Positions 31,180-42,484 of a stretch of 64,000 bases of DNA are shown one piece after another. A program made the translations under genes and the position numbers. Below the pieces are notes generated by a model. It saw only the letters and a program-made list of their open reading frames with translations. It searched no databases and had not been told where the DNA came from. Source of the stretch: Neophaeotheca triangularis (Eukaryota). Every line of letters starts with the position of its first letter. Positions within the stretch are counted from its first letter, which is position 1. The DNA lies in the NCBI GenBank assembly GCA_054600435.1, contig BAAIJX010000064.1, forward strand, positions 1-64,000. Reading direction: 5' to 3'.

Positions 31180-34100
31180 TTACCTCCCAACAGCCCCTGC
31201 AAGCGCCTCCCACCCACAATCCTCCCAAGGCGCCAAGACAACCGCCCTCTGCGCATCACCCACACCCCCGGTTCCGGCAAAAGCCCGCGCCAATTCATCC
31301 GAGCCGAGAGAACCCGAAGGCGGCACGCTCATGAGCGAAGTCTGCAAGACCATAGCCTCGGCGTGGCCGTCTCCATCTTCATCGGCTTCGCTGCTCGGAA
31401 CGGCGTCCGCGAGACGTTGCCACGAACTCGGTTCTTCCGGGTGGAGAAGGACGTCTTCCTGAGCCATGGCGAAGGGGTTATCGGCGAGAACGGCGAGAAG
31501 GGTAGCGATTTGGGAGCGGGAAGCGGGATCCAGAGTTTCGAGGGTGCGGAGGTTGAGGAGATCGTCTTTGACGGCTACGGCGGTGTCGGCGTCGGCGTCG
31601 AGGTGCGCAATGGCTCCTAGCAGTGTGACTGAGCCGACGTGCTCAGGGTGCTGTTCTACGGTCGAGAAGAGCTGGTCACGGGCGACGGCTTTTTCGTCAC
31701 TGCCATTCGTAGACCACAGGACTTGGACGAGGAGGCAGACGACGTCTGGGTTGGAGGAGGATTCTTGTAGGGCGGTTTTGAAGGCCGGTATGGAGGTTGT
31801 GGGGTTTTGGAGGTTATGCGAGGCGAGGCCGATGGTTAGGTGGGCGGAGAGGCGGAGTTTGCGTCTTGTTTCTGGGTCGAGGCCGCTGGTTTTGGCGTCC
31901 GACGAGAGGTCGAGGGCGGTTTCTGCGTTCTCGATGGCGGTGGAGAAGTCGTGAGCTGCGAGTTGGCAGCGGGCGAGGTCGGTTTTGGCGTGGGCGTAGC
32001 GCGCGAGGGCGTAGAGAGATTCGGTAGTTTCGTAGTCGGATTCGGCGGCTTCGCAAAGTGTTGTGAGGGCTGCGATCGCCGTCAGATGACTGCCGACACG
32101 TTCGAGGAGGAGGGCGGCGAGGTGGCGATAGGGCAAGTCATTCGGAGCTTGGGTGCGTAGTTGTTCGACGGCGAAAAGGGGCTGGATCAGGGAGGTAAGG
32201 TCGTTCGAGGCTTCAAGGGAGGAGAGCAGGTGGTCGAAAGACGAGAGGGTGTATTGCCGCTTGCTGACGAGGGAGGCCGAGTCGGAGATTTCAAATGCGT
32301 GGGTGAAGTGGCCAAGAGCTTCTTTGTCGTCTCCCAGCAGTAGTGCAATGAGACCCTCACCTACCCACGCGTGGGCGTAGTCGGGGTCTGTCGACTGCGC
32401 TCGACCGAATGCCTGATGGGCCAACTCGTGATCGTTTTGCAGCAAGTACAGTACGCCCAAGTTCGTCCAGACTTTTGCATTCAGCTCGTTGAGATGCAAC
32501 GAGCGGACAAAGGCATGCTGCGCAATCTTCGGGTTGAGAGTGGTGGTGACAACTCCGAGAGCGTTCCAAAACTCTGCATTCCCTGCCTCAAGCTCGATTG
32601 CACGCTTGAAACAACGGACAGCAGCTCGAAGGAACTTCTTGCTAGCCTTGGAAGACGAACTCGAGGTGCTGGTATAAGCGAGGTTCTCAGCCCACCCTAA
32701 GTTGTAGTGTGCTACGGCCTGAGCGTGGATGTCGTTGGAGCAGCAGACTATGGCTTGCTTGTAGGCAAATATGGACATGAACAGGCCAACCGAGAGCGCA
32801 GATACTGTGTTGTCTGCTTGGGGAGCTTCAGTCTCGTTCGCCATGGCTTCCTGAGAGCTTGGTGTGACGCTGTCGAGCTCGGACACGATCTCACTCGACT
32901 CCCACCCCTGTCCCAGCGCACATAGTTTACCCATCTTCTCGTTGGGGAAGTGGTCAGCCCTCGAGCCAACAAGCGCATAAATGCTGCAAGCGTCACCCGC
33001 CGCCTTCCACAGATTGAAAGCTCCAGGTCTGTCCCGAGCACATTCGAGAGCAGTATTGATAGCAGCTTCTGCGCTCTCAACAGCCTGACCGAACAAGCCC
33101 GTCTCCAAGCAATGGAAGCCCTCTTCGACATACGTCTGCATCAACGAGATGAGCACGCCAAACTCGCCAGGCTTCTCTTGCAACACGGCTCTCAACCCAG
33201 CACCAGCCTCTTCATACTCCCCGAGTTCCCTATGCACATTCGCAAGCATGTACCTCGCAAACCATGTCTCGCCGGACACCTTCATCTCCGTGCCCTCTGG
33301 CGGCTCCAGAGCGTGGTTAAAAGTCCGTAGCGCCGAATTATACCGACCAGAGTTGTGATAGCTCTCACCAAGCCCAACATAGCTTTGATAATCGTCCGGG
33401 CTGATTCGCAAAGCCGACAGGAACGAGACAATGGCCGGCTGATACTCCTGCTTGTTCATCTGCACAACGCCGAGTGCGGAGTAAGGCCAACTGATACCCT
33501 TTCGCTTAGAACCGGGCGGCGGCCTTGCTCTTCCAGAGTCGATGACTCTTTGCGCAATCACTTCAACGATCTCCCACTCGCCGCGATCGGCGAAAGAGCG
33601 TGCTAGACGTTCTGCCGCTTCCGTTTCTGCAGAAGAGAGCTCAAAAGCTTTTTGGAAACACTGCCGCGCCCGCTTCTTGTCTTTGGCGTAGTCTGAGTAG
33701 TAGAAACCCAGGCTAGCGTATGCCGGTGCGAAATTGACATTTGCCTTGATGGCAGAGAGGAAGCGAGCGTAGGCTCCGTCACGAGCTTTGCGTGCCTCCT
33801 TCTCGGGGTAGAGGGACCAGATACACATGCCTATCCGGTAGAGGGTCTGCGCTCGTAGGTCGCGGGCTTGCGGGTCGTCAGCCTTCATGGAGGCAAGATT
33901 GTCTTCGAGCTCTTTGAGAGCTTGCTGGTGATCGCCGGCCTGGTACTTGCACCAAGCTAATTCGGTGCCGATGCGCACATTAGTGGGGTCTTCAGCCATG
34001 GCTTGAGTGAAAAAGTCGATTGCTTCGTTATACTCTTCGCGTTCTTCCAAAATAAGACCCATGCCTATGAGACCAGGCGTCGATTTCGGCCGCCTCGTTA

Positions 34101-35400
34101 GAATGTCCTCGAAGATCCTGCGAGCTTCCGCATGGTTTCTGGGGGCTTGATGATGAACAAGCGATGTCGCCAGAACGCTGTTAATGGCATCTTTCGTGTT
34201 TTGGAAACTCATGCCCAGTTTGGTCGATTCGGTGGCGACGACTTTCAAGCCGTTCCTCGCACTCTCGACCACGCTCTCGTGTTCTTCGAGATGTAGATAG
34301 TATTCGCTTACCAGTCTGTGGGCCAGGGGCGATTCTTCCGCAGCTGCCAGACCCTCAGTGAAGAGCACCAGACGCTCCTCGGGCGTAAGAGCTTTCATAG
34401 GCTCGTTACCATCTGTTGACTCGTCTTTTGGTGGTGGCGGAAAAGGAGACAGTTCGCTGCTCAGCCAGCCATTCAGAACCTTTGACAGCCCGCCTTCCGG
34501 AAATAGCGCAACGTATTCTCTCAGAACGTTCACATCTAACCCTCTCAAATCGTCGACATCCCTTGATTCCAGCACGACATCCCATGCCAAACCAAACGCA
34601 TGCTTGATGATGACCATGCCCTCAGCCATAGTCAAAACCTGATCGAGCTTGCCGGCCTTGGAATCCAGCGGCAAAACAACAAGCGTATCGTACGCCCGCT
34701 GTAAGAGCTTCTCCTCATACTGCCTCCGCACCTCATCGTCTGAAGTCCAGTCGATCAGCTGCCGATATAGGTTTTCTAGATCGCTTTCGTGGAAAATTTC
34801 ACGCTTGACTTCGACCGTCACCTGCCCGATCCGCGCACCAACCCTCGTCCGGCGCTCGTTGATGCTCTGCTTGATGCGCTGGTCCTCTTCCGTCTCGGTG
34901 ATTTCACTGATACGGGTGTAAGTGACCGAAGGATGCTGAATACGGCCCTCAAGAAATTCATAGACAGGGCTGTCAGGTAGCAAGACCTGCAAGGCACGTT
35001 TCTGCTGCGCTTTGGTACCATTCTTCTTGGCGAACTCCTGCAGTTTGTCTACCGTCGATTGGCAGCGATGCTTGTCATCAGCAGTCGCGTAGATTTCCGC
35101 AACTTTGACGGCAGCATTACGGTACTCGTCGACCTTGGCAGACCCCTGCGTTTCATAGAGGCTGCAGAGACCGAGCCATGCTTGAGCATCATCGGGTTTG
35201 GATTTCGCGGCTGCTTCGTAAGTTTTGGCTGCTTCGTCGGGTTTGCCTTGTTTTTCGAAGGCTCTGCCGAGAAAGAGTCGGGCGAAATAGTTGGAGGAGT
35301 CCGAGGCGAGCACGATCTGGGCTTGAGTGACTGTTTGATCGTAGTCGCCGGCGTCAAGGGCTGTTTTCGCCGCTTTCAACGCAGCTTTGTTGGCGGACAT
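31180..35400 (-). CDS. SKI3: Superkiller complex TPR subunit
   Basis: About 1406-aa TPR protein starting MSANKAALKAAK; RARQCFQKAFEL and QHAFVRSL motifs. Confidence 0.9.
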   Translation of the reverse strand: MSANKAALKAAKTALDAGDYDQTVTQAQIVLASDSSNYFARLFLGRAFEKQGKPDEAAKTYEAAAKSKPDDAQAWLGLCSLYETQGSAKVDEYRNAAVKVAEIYATADDKHRCQSTVDKLQEFAKKNGTKAQQKRALQVLLPDSPVYEFLEGRIQHPSVTYTRISEITETEEDQRIKQSINERRTRVGARIGQVTVEVKREIFHESDLENLYRQLIDWTSDDEVRRQYEEKLLQRAYDTLVVLPLDSKAGKLDQVLTMAEGMVIIKHAFGLAWDVVLESRDVDDLRGLDVNVLREYVALFPEGGLSKVLNGWLSSELSPFPPPPKDESTDGNEPMKALTPEERLVLFTEGLAAAEESPLAHRLVSEYYLHLEEHESVVESARNGLKVVATESTKLGMSFQNTKDAINSVLATSLVHHQAPRNHAEARRIFEDILTRRPKSTPGLIGMGLILEEREEYNEAIDFFTQAMAEDPTNVRIGTELAWCKYQAGDHQQALKELEDNLASMKADDPQARDLRAQTLYRIGMCIWSLYPEKEARKARDGAYARFLSAIKANVNFAPAYASLGFYYSDYAKDKKRARQCFQKAFELSSAETEAAERLARSFADRGEWEIVEVIAQRVIDSGRARPPPGSKRKGISWPYSALGVVQMNKQEYQPAIVSFLSALRISPDDYQSYVGLGESYHNSGRYNSALRTFNHALEPPEGTEMKVSGETWFARYMLANVHRELGEYEEAGAGLRAVLQEKPGEFGVLISLMQTYVEEGFHCLETGLFGQAVESAEAAINTALECARDRPGAFNLWKAAGDACSIYALVGSRADHFPNEKMGKLCALGQGWESSEIVSELDSVTPSSQEAMANETEAPQADNTVSALSVGLFMSIFAYKQAIVCCSNDIHAQAVAHYNLGWAENLAYTSTSSSSSKASKKFLRAAVRCFKRAIELEAGNAEFWNALGVVTTTLNPKIAQHAFVRSLHLNELNAKVWTNLGVLYLLQNDHELAHQAFGRAQSTDPDYAHAWVGEGLIALLLGDDKEALGHFTHAFEISDSASLVSKRQYTLSSFDHLLSSLEASNDLTSLIQPLFAVEQLRTQAPNDLPYRHLAALLLERVGSHLTAIAALTTLCEAAESDYETTESLYALARYAHAKTDLARCQLAAHDFSTAIENAETALDLSSDAKTSGLDPETRRKLRLSAHLTIGLASHNLQNPTTSIPAFKTALQESSSNPDVVCLLVQVLWSTNGSDEKAVARDQLFSTVEQHPEHVGSVTLLGAIAHLDADADTAVAVKDDLLNLRTLETLDPASRSQIATLLAVLADNPFAMAQEDVLLHPEEPSSWQRLADAVPSSEADEDGDGHAEAMVLQTSLMSVPPSGSLGSDELARAFAGTGGVGDAQRAVVLAPWEDCGWEALAGAVGR

Positions 35401-36416
35401 GTCTGGCTCATCTCCTTTCGTCGGAACTCGATTATAATTCCATGAGGTTGTCCGGAAGAAGGGGGGAAAGTTCTTTTGAGGTGGCAACTGGATGTTGTAC
35501 TAGGCAAGCAAGCTCACGTCGGTTTGTTCGAAGGTCAATGCTTTCAGATATTGCCTTTTCAGGCCTAGCGCTGGCAGTTTCTTGGCATCTGGGAGAGCCA
35601 ACACCGGAGACGTCTCCAACAACGTCCCCGACCACAACCACATCCATATTCGTAAGGTAAGGTAAGGGAAGGTATCAATGGTATCGTATCTTCTGTATCT
35701 TGGCAAGTGAAGCTTATATCGCCCTTTCCATACAATTTTCCCTTGAATTTCATATCTTCCACCGCCTTCACAATGGACTCTACCATCGCCCTCCTCCTCG
35801 TTCGATCTTCCTCAATAGGTGGTATCCGGTCTGATCACCGGCTTCCTCCCGTCCATGGCAGCGCCTACATACGCGCTGGAGCAGACTATCAGCTCACCTT
35901 GTGCGACATTGTTGGCATTCGCTAGCTATCGCTCTCGACTGGCCAACACGGAATGTGGACGGCCAATTTCTGCAGACCGTCACCCTGAATGCGGTCGAAA
36001 GAGCTGAGAACGACCAGAACGCTGCGCATTCATTCTTGTCGAGCGTGCCTCTGCTGGACATAGAGGTCCCACCGTTCTACCCTGTCTGATTTGGAACACA
36101 TATCTCTTTTGATTTGACGTGGCTCAGACCGCAGGAAAGGAACAGTCAGTCTTAGCCTGGCGATGGGGACGCAACAAAGCTATGGATTCGAACGTTTGGT
36201 TCACCCATAGGCTCGCTCTACTTCTTACACACTTTCTGGGGCCCCAACTAGGGAAAGCCCCGTCGAATGTATCCCTTGCAAGCACGGCAGTTGAAAAGCA
36301 GAGACGGCACCGACGGGGGACAGTGTCAGGGTCCTCGTGCTCTGTTCTTTCGCTCCCTTGGCTCATTCCTGGTCTACATTTACAATGCATTGCAGAGGTG
36401 AACAGGAAAGGCCATC

Positions 36417-37700
36417 GTGCTTGTTCTCAATGCCTGCGTTGGCTCTTTGAATTCTCAGCCAAGCCCTTGCCATGCGTTCCCCGGCGGTAATCCTGTGCGC
36501 TCTATAATCCCTTCGCTACAACGCAGCTCGACCTCGGCTTTTACGTGCTTCGATGCTGCATTGGGCTCTTATAGTAGCCAACAGTCTGCATATCCTTCGC
36601 AGAGTACATTAGCTACACCGAGCTTCTTGTGTTCTCCTATCAAATTCACTTTACCCATGACCAATACAGAAACACGTTCATTGTTAGATGCAACGCAGAC
36701 GCGATGGATAGTCAGCCGGGCGACAGTCTATAACTTAAATCCCGCGCCACGCAAGACCATTACGCCAGCTTCGAAGCGACATCACCCTGGAACGAATGTT
36801 TCGACTTCTGCCAGCAAAATACTCCATGAGAAGGCGTCTGCACCTCTTTCGTCTACTCTGGTGATTTGGATAGAAATCGCCCCAGTATCTGCTTCCTGAA
36901 AGACGGCACCAGTCTTGAGTTCGTGATACCGTGGAGGTGAACATTGCGGCTATCAAGCGTGTCTACTACGTTGAAAACGCTCCATCTTTGCTTCTCGGTA
37001 CGAGTGCCCGTTCCGGAACGTTCAGCACTTCAGCAGCAAGCACACTATCCACCGGGCCCACACTAGCGACAGCTCCAATCACCGGTGCAGAGAGTAGTCT
37101 TTCCCTTGGCACGCTCTCCAACACCCGCGATTCCGCGACAGCTAACACTCCGCTTTCCGCTGTCAGCACGCCCTCCTCTCGCGTTCATTCCTCTGGCACC
37201 TCTACAAGCGAGCCGACTCTGGACATCAACTCACCGTTCTTGTCCGGGTATGAGACTGCATCATCAAGTCCCTCCTCCGATTTCAGTCCTCTTGTAGGAA
37301 CCTTTACCATCGCAGCCACGAGTCAGACTCCCCCAAACATCGATTCTAGCGGGGGTTTCCCGCCGCCAAATGAGATAGTGATGAGGCTTCCCCAGGGAAC
37401 GACGAGCACAGACCCGACCAATTCGGATACATACAAGTACACTTGGCAGTTTATCCTCGTTGACTAGCCCCCTCGTTGATTTTCAAGCCATTGACACTAA
37501 GCGCGAAGACTCCGACGTTCGTAACAAGATACCTTATCACTTCCGCAGCCGTAATATTACTCTCCGAAAGCGGTCCCCGGAATACGGTCAGTAGCCCGTC
37601 GACAGCTTCTTCCGCGCCATCAAGTCTTGCTTTCACGTGCTTAGCGGTCGATGGTCAGGTAGTGACAGCCTACGGCGAACTCCACTTTTGGCTCATATGA
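36417..37700 (+). pseudogene. Possible decayed Ser/Thr-rich secreted or cell-wall protein gene
   Basis: Consecutive S/T-rich fragments in shifting frames with KR sites; no coherent ORF. Confidence 0.3.
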
Positions 37701-40371
37701 ACCATTGGAGCTGCGACTATTTCTTTCGAGCCTATCTTGATAGCGCCGTGAGTAGAGCCAAATCCGCACGAGCCGTCGCGGCTGAACATTGCGTTCAGAG
37801 ACTAACCGCGCTACAAGCGTTTTCGAAAATGAGACGGCAGATACGGAGTGCCTAGTGCGATAACCACTTCCGCCGTACGGCCAGACTGGCTGCGTCGGAC
37901 TGCTGTACTTGGACTTCACCCTTGACTACGAGAATTCCTGCACATTTACAGCGAAAGACGAGCGAGAAGAAATTATGTTTAGCGACACCACCATAAGCTA
38001 GGGTTGGTCTGTCATAGAAGAGAACCTGGAATTCACTTCCTCGGTATACCACTGGTCAAAGGCTCATCGAATTCGAATGATATCCAGAGGGGGGCGTATA
38101 TTCAGCTGCGCCACACAGAGATCTGGCATGCCGTGACAGAACCGGATCAGGAGATCAAACCGGATCAAGACACCGTGCCGGACGAGCCAGTACGGGACTA
38201 CGGCCCGCCCATTTCAGGTAATCGAAAGGTATCACTTTTAAAGCGGTTCGTACGACCCACGGGAAATTGTCGAATCTGCTGCAATGGTCAGCATCAATCA
38301 TGACTTTGGAGCAATTCGAGTGATTCCAGCGTGACACATGAACTTCGCTACCAAACGAAGGCATTACATTCTGATTATCCCTCAAGCGCGCTTGAATATA
38401 CAAAACCAGCGCACGCCACGCAACTGACAATGGTGCATTTAATTCGCACGCCACACGTCAAGCCGGGCCAGAGTGCACGCTTCCCCATGCATATGTTTCT
38501 CGACTACGCAGAATCATGCACTCTCGTGGGGTAGACGGAACAGGCGGAATTGTCCACTGACACCGCCTTACGCCAGGGGCACTACCAAATTCACGAGTAC
38601 TTCGAATTCCTACTTCAATTCGGTTGCGCAGGGTTGGCTCGGATCGAGATGAACATTATCTCGCTTTTCTTTCCGCCGTATGGATGATGGGCACTTACGG
38701 CGGAGCTCCATGGTAGACGATGACTGCACGCGCGAGTCCGGTGATGTTTTTGATTTCGATGGGAGACTATCGGGCTTTGGGGGCTCTTTGTTCAGTAGCG
38801 GCGTTTCGCAATTACACTTGTCACACGCAGTTTCTCCCTCGTAGCTCAAGAGGAGATTCCTTCGCCAGCCGTGGTCGTATCAGCATCTGGACGGGACTGC
38901 CGGCTTGATCCCCTGTGAACGTAGAAAGCAGGCAAGACAAGTACCCATAAGACTGGCCCCGAAGAAGACGTTCTAGGGCAAAATGGAGAAAAGCAATAGA
39001 CTCCCTTCACCATAACATAGGGGAGCCACGCAAACGCTGGCGAAGAGATAGAAGAGCTCGCCTCGCCTGGCGCGGGAGGAGATGGCATTTTTTCATACCG
39101 TTTGTAACACCACACAATGCCAGCCCGGCCGCTGGTCGCGATGGCCAGCCACAGAGCCGTCGGTCGCCACGGGACTCTGCTCTACCGGGCCAACGAGCTC
39201 CGCGACGACCGGCTGTAATGGCGGAACCGTCTCCCGGCGGAAGCGACTATACGGGCTGAACCAAACTGAAAGGCGTCTTGCACAAGTAAACATTGAAACC
39301 GGGGAATGGAATGGGGCAGAGATCAAGCATGTAGCTCGCGCGAGGCATGGATCGTTTGTGGGAATTCAGAACGACTACGGACAGCCGCTGCAACAACCTC
39401 TTGAAACTCTTGACGACTACTCTTGACAGCTACTCCCTCTTCCAACTTCAAATCTCCAGAAAGACCAAGACAAGTGAAGAAAAAAGAAAAAGACGAAGAC
39501 AGAATAGGTAGGTAGATAGGAGGTAGTGGTAGTATTCAAAAAAAGGCCCTGGGCTAGTTTATAGCAGTTCCAAACACTACCCTAACCCTCACCCTCACCC
39601 CAGCGAGATCCAACCCGAATCCAGACTAGCGGACTTGGCAACCAAAAAGTTCCCCACCACCTCCCGTCTCCCATCAAACTCCCGACTTCTCCCTCTTCTC
39701 CCTCCTTCCCTTTCCCTCCCCCATGAAAACTGAACCCTTCCTATTCACTCCATCTTGATCCAAAATTTCCACGATGGAAGCTGGAGGGGAAATGGAAGGG
39801 AAGATTACCACCTTTCTTTTTTTACATGGGGAGTCGTCTGCTTACCCCCAGCCCTTCTTTACATGAGTAGAGGGTTGGGAAATTTTTTATTTGGCGGTAC
39901 ATTTTCTCGCTCTGTCTTTTGCTGTGTACCTTTTTTAACACGGTCTTGATAGAGGGCTGTCGTTGGGATGGGAAGGTAAGGGGTTTGGGGATGATTGCTG
40001 GGACGCTTGTGGTGATGTGTGCTTTTGTGTGTTGATGCTATGCTATGCTATGTATTTGGTGACGGATCGTCCGGTGTCGAGATGTTAAACTTGGGCTTGA
40101 CAAACGAACGGTCTTCCTCGAGCTCCCTCACACCCTCCGTCTGTTTTGCTCGGGTTGGCATTTGCCCGTTCGCTTTGGACAAGAAGTCGACACCACTTCC
40201 TGCCTTGCATGATGTCCACGTCTCAAGAGGAAGAAGTTGCTGAGACCACCCGCCTCCCTCATCCGAAGCCTCGCAGACTTCAGTGCACTTCGTAACGAAA
40301 GTCCCACGTACCTTGATCAAGACATGCATGCACATGCCACTCCCCATCTCCATTCCCTATTCCCCCCCCCT

Positions 40372-41151
40372 TCAACCCTCGGGTGCATCCGTAAGCGGCA
40401 CATAGCGAACCTGATACTCCTTCCTCCTCTCCACCAAGCCATCGCGATCTTTATCAAAGACCCAAATCCACTGCTCCCCATCCTCGCCCTCGACAGGCAT
40501 AAAAAGCCTCCCGGGCCGCCTCAAAAGCCCGACCAACCTCTCCTGAAACCCCTTGGCCGCAGCACCAACATGTATAGCATCCCAGCCCTCATCCCCCATA
40601 TCCTCACGCCTATCCCAGCCCAGCCTCCCATCGCCAAGAACAAAACTCACCCGCGCCCCTTCTCCTCCTCCCCCCTCGCCAGCCAAAAGCCCCCGCCCTT
40701 CCTCGCTCTTACCCATATTCTCGCGCCCCATTTCCACAAGCGCGGGGATGTGTTCGAGCCCGACGACGACGCCGCCGGGCTTGACCAACTCCGCGAGCAC
40801 GTGCGTGAGGTAGCCGCTGCCGCTGCCGATGTCGAGGACTCGCGCGCCCGGGCGGAGGTAGGGGAGGAGCGACTCGGCGGCGTTGGCGTGCATGTGGGGC
40901 GCGCTGATTGTGGCGCTGTGGCCGATGGATTGCGGGCTGTCCTGGTAGGGGGCTGAGGGGGCGTAGTGGGCGCGGTCGACCTGCAGGCGGGGGAAGGGGT
41001 GGGTTAGTGGGGTGGGTTTGGAGGGGGGTCGGGATGGAGGTGGGCGTACGCTCATCATGGCGGCTTTGACGCGGGGGGTGGTGATTAGTTTGTTCGCGGC
41101 GAGGTTTTCGATTAGAGCTGTGTTTGTTGCTCCGTGGGATCGCCAGGCCAT
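40372..41151 (-). CDS. PCM1: Protein-L-isoaspartate O-methyltransferase (intron 40981-41049)
   Basis: MAWRS start, VDRAHY, ATISAPHMH, VLDIGSGSGYL, DAIHVGAAA and YVPLTD motifs. Confidence 0.95.
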   Translation of the reverse strand: MAWRSHGATNTALIENLAANKLITTPRVKAAMMSVRPPPSRPPSKPTPLTHPFPRLQVDRAHYAPSAPYQDSPQSIGHSATISAPHMHANAAESLLPYLRPGARVLDIGSGSGYLTHVLAELVKPGGVVVGLEHIPALVEMGRENMGKSEEGRGLLAGEGGGGEGARVSFVLGDGRLGWDRREDMGDEGWDAIHVGAAAKGFQERLVGLLRRPGRLFMPVEGEDGEQWIWVFDKDRDGLVERRKEYQVRYVPLTDAPEG

Positions 41152-41712
41152 GTTGAGTGGATCTGAGAGGTTGTTGGAGGGGTGGAGTTCTCGCTGGAGG
41201 CAGGAGACTGCGAGGAGTATCAGGGCGAGGGTGGGAAGTAGGAGACGGAGAGTGGAGAGTTGGAAATGATGTGGCATGCAACTGAGTCTCTTAATGTTGC
41301 AGCTCAAGGACTTACGATGATAATGGAGGGACTCTAGTCGTGAGGACGGGAGTAGTTGTGTGGCCCGGTCAGGTATGAGAGGAAGCATGCATGAGGCATG
41401 CAGCATCGCATCACCACATCACAGCTTCAACGTCACAGCTCCGACAGCTGCTGGCAACGGCAGCTTCCTACCCACGTGGCAATGCAACACACCAATTGCA
41501 CCGAGACTCACGACGCAAAAGCATCGCTACTGCTGGCAGTTTCATTGATAAATTGTGACACACAATCACAATCAGATCGAGTATCGAGCAGCATCTATAT
41601 CGTATCACATCGATATCATTACTACATAAGCCCTGATCCTCACAACTTGGTTTTATCCGAGCGTGAGAACACTGTCTTCCATTGTCCCTCAAACGTCAAA
41701 ACACTCCTAAGC

Positions 41713-42484
41713 TTACGAGGTAAGAGTAGAGTCCGTAGACCTGGCCTGCTTGATCTCGTCGTCGGTCATCTGCCTCAACACACCAGTCTGCGCGACCTCG
41801 CCCTTGAACAAAGCCTCGCCAATCTCCTTGGCGAAACCGGCCTTGCCGACTTGGGACTGCCAGTACGAGATGTCTGTTAAGGTATTGTTAGCGAAAAAGA
41901 GGTCCTCCGATCCAAACATGAATGTAGGAGAGAGCAACTCACACTGCGACTTGACGATGATAAGCTTCATACGCGGGTCCTCAGGGCCACCAGTGTGCAT
42001 GCCATCCTTGAGGTCGCCGAACCAAGCGCTGACGGGCTTGCTGTAGACGGCTTTGAGGCGGGAGTCATCGTTGCCGACGACCTCGCCCTGGCCGGTGACG
42101 GAGATCCAAGCCTGTGTCTTGCTGTCCTGGAAAGTCAGGTTGATGTCCTTGCTCGTCTGCAAGTCGTTGAATTTTTTGCTGTGAGCGTTGGCGAGGAAGA
42201 GGAAGTCGGGGCCGGAGCGCTGGGCGATGGACATGGAGCGGGCGACTGGCTGTTGGGGAGGATGGTCAGTCTCGTGTTCTTTGGGTGTAGTTGGAGTGTA
42301 GGAAGGTAGGGGGACTTACGCCAACGCCGCTGCGGTAGGTGCTCATCAGGCAGACCTTTTGCTCATCGGCCTGGGAGTAGAAGTCCTTGAACTTCTGGTC
42401 GGTTGAGGTCTCATCGTCGAATTGCTTCGCGACCGAGGGGTCGGTCTCGGAGTTGATCTCCTGGGCGGTCAATTTCTCAGGCAT
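41713..42484 (-). CDS. BLI-3-like / pyridoxamine-phosphate-oxidase-fold stress protein (introns 42250-42319, 41874-41942)
   Basis: TDPSVAKQFD, PVARSM, FLFLANAHSKKF and AWFGDL.DG.HTGGPEDPR motifs; two canonical introns. Confidence 0.85.

Noticed and set aside
35401..35487. N-terminal extensions of SKI3, MSN5 and DNAJC3-like in the ORF track
   Set aside because: They arise from TTG starts; the downstream ATGs give typical N-termini
39580..39600. Interstitial telomere-like CCCTAACCCTCACCCTCACCC
   Set aside because: Too short and degenerate; expected by chance in C-rich DNA
40048..40353. ORF in frame downstream of PCM1
   Set aside because: A second stop intervenes and the peptide has no features
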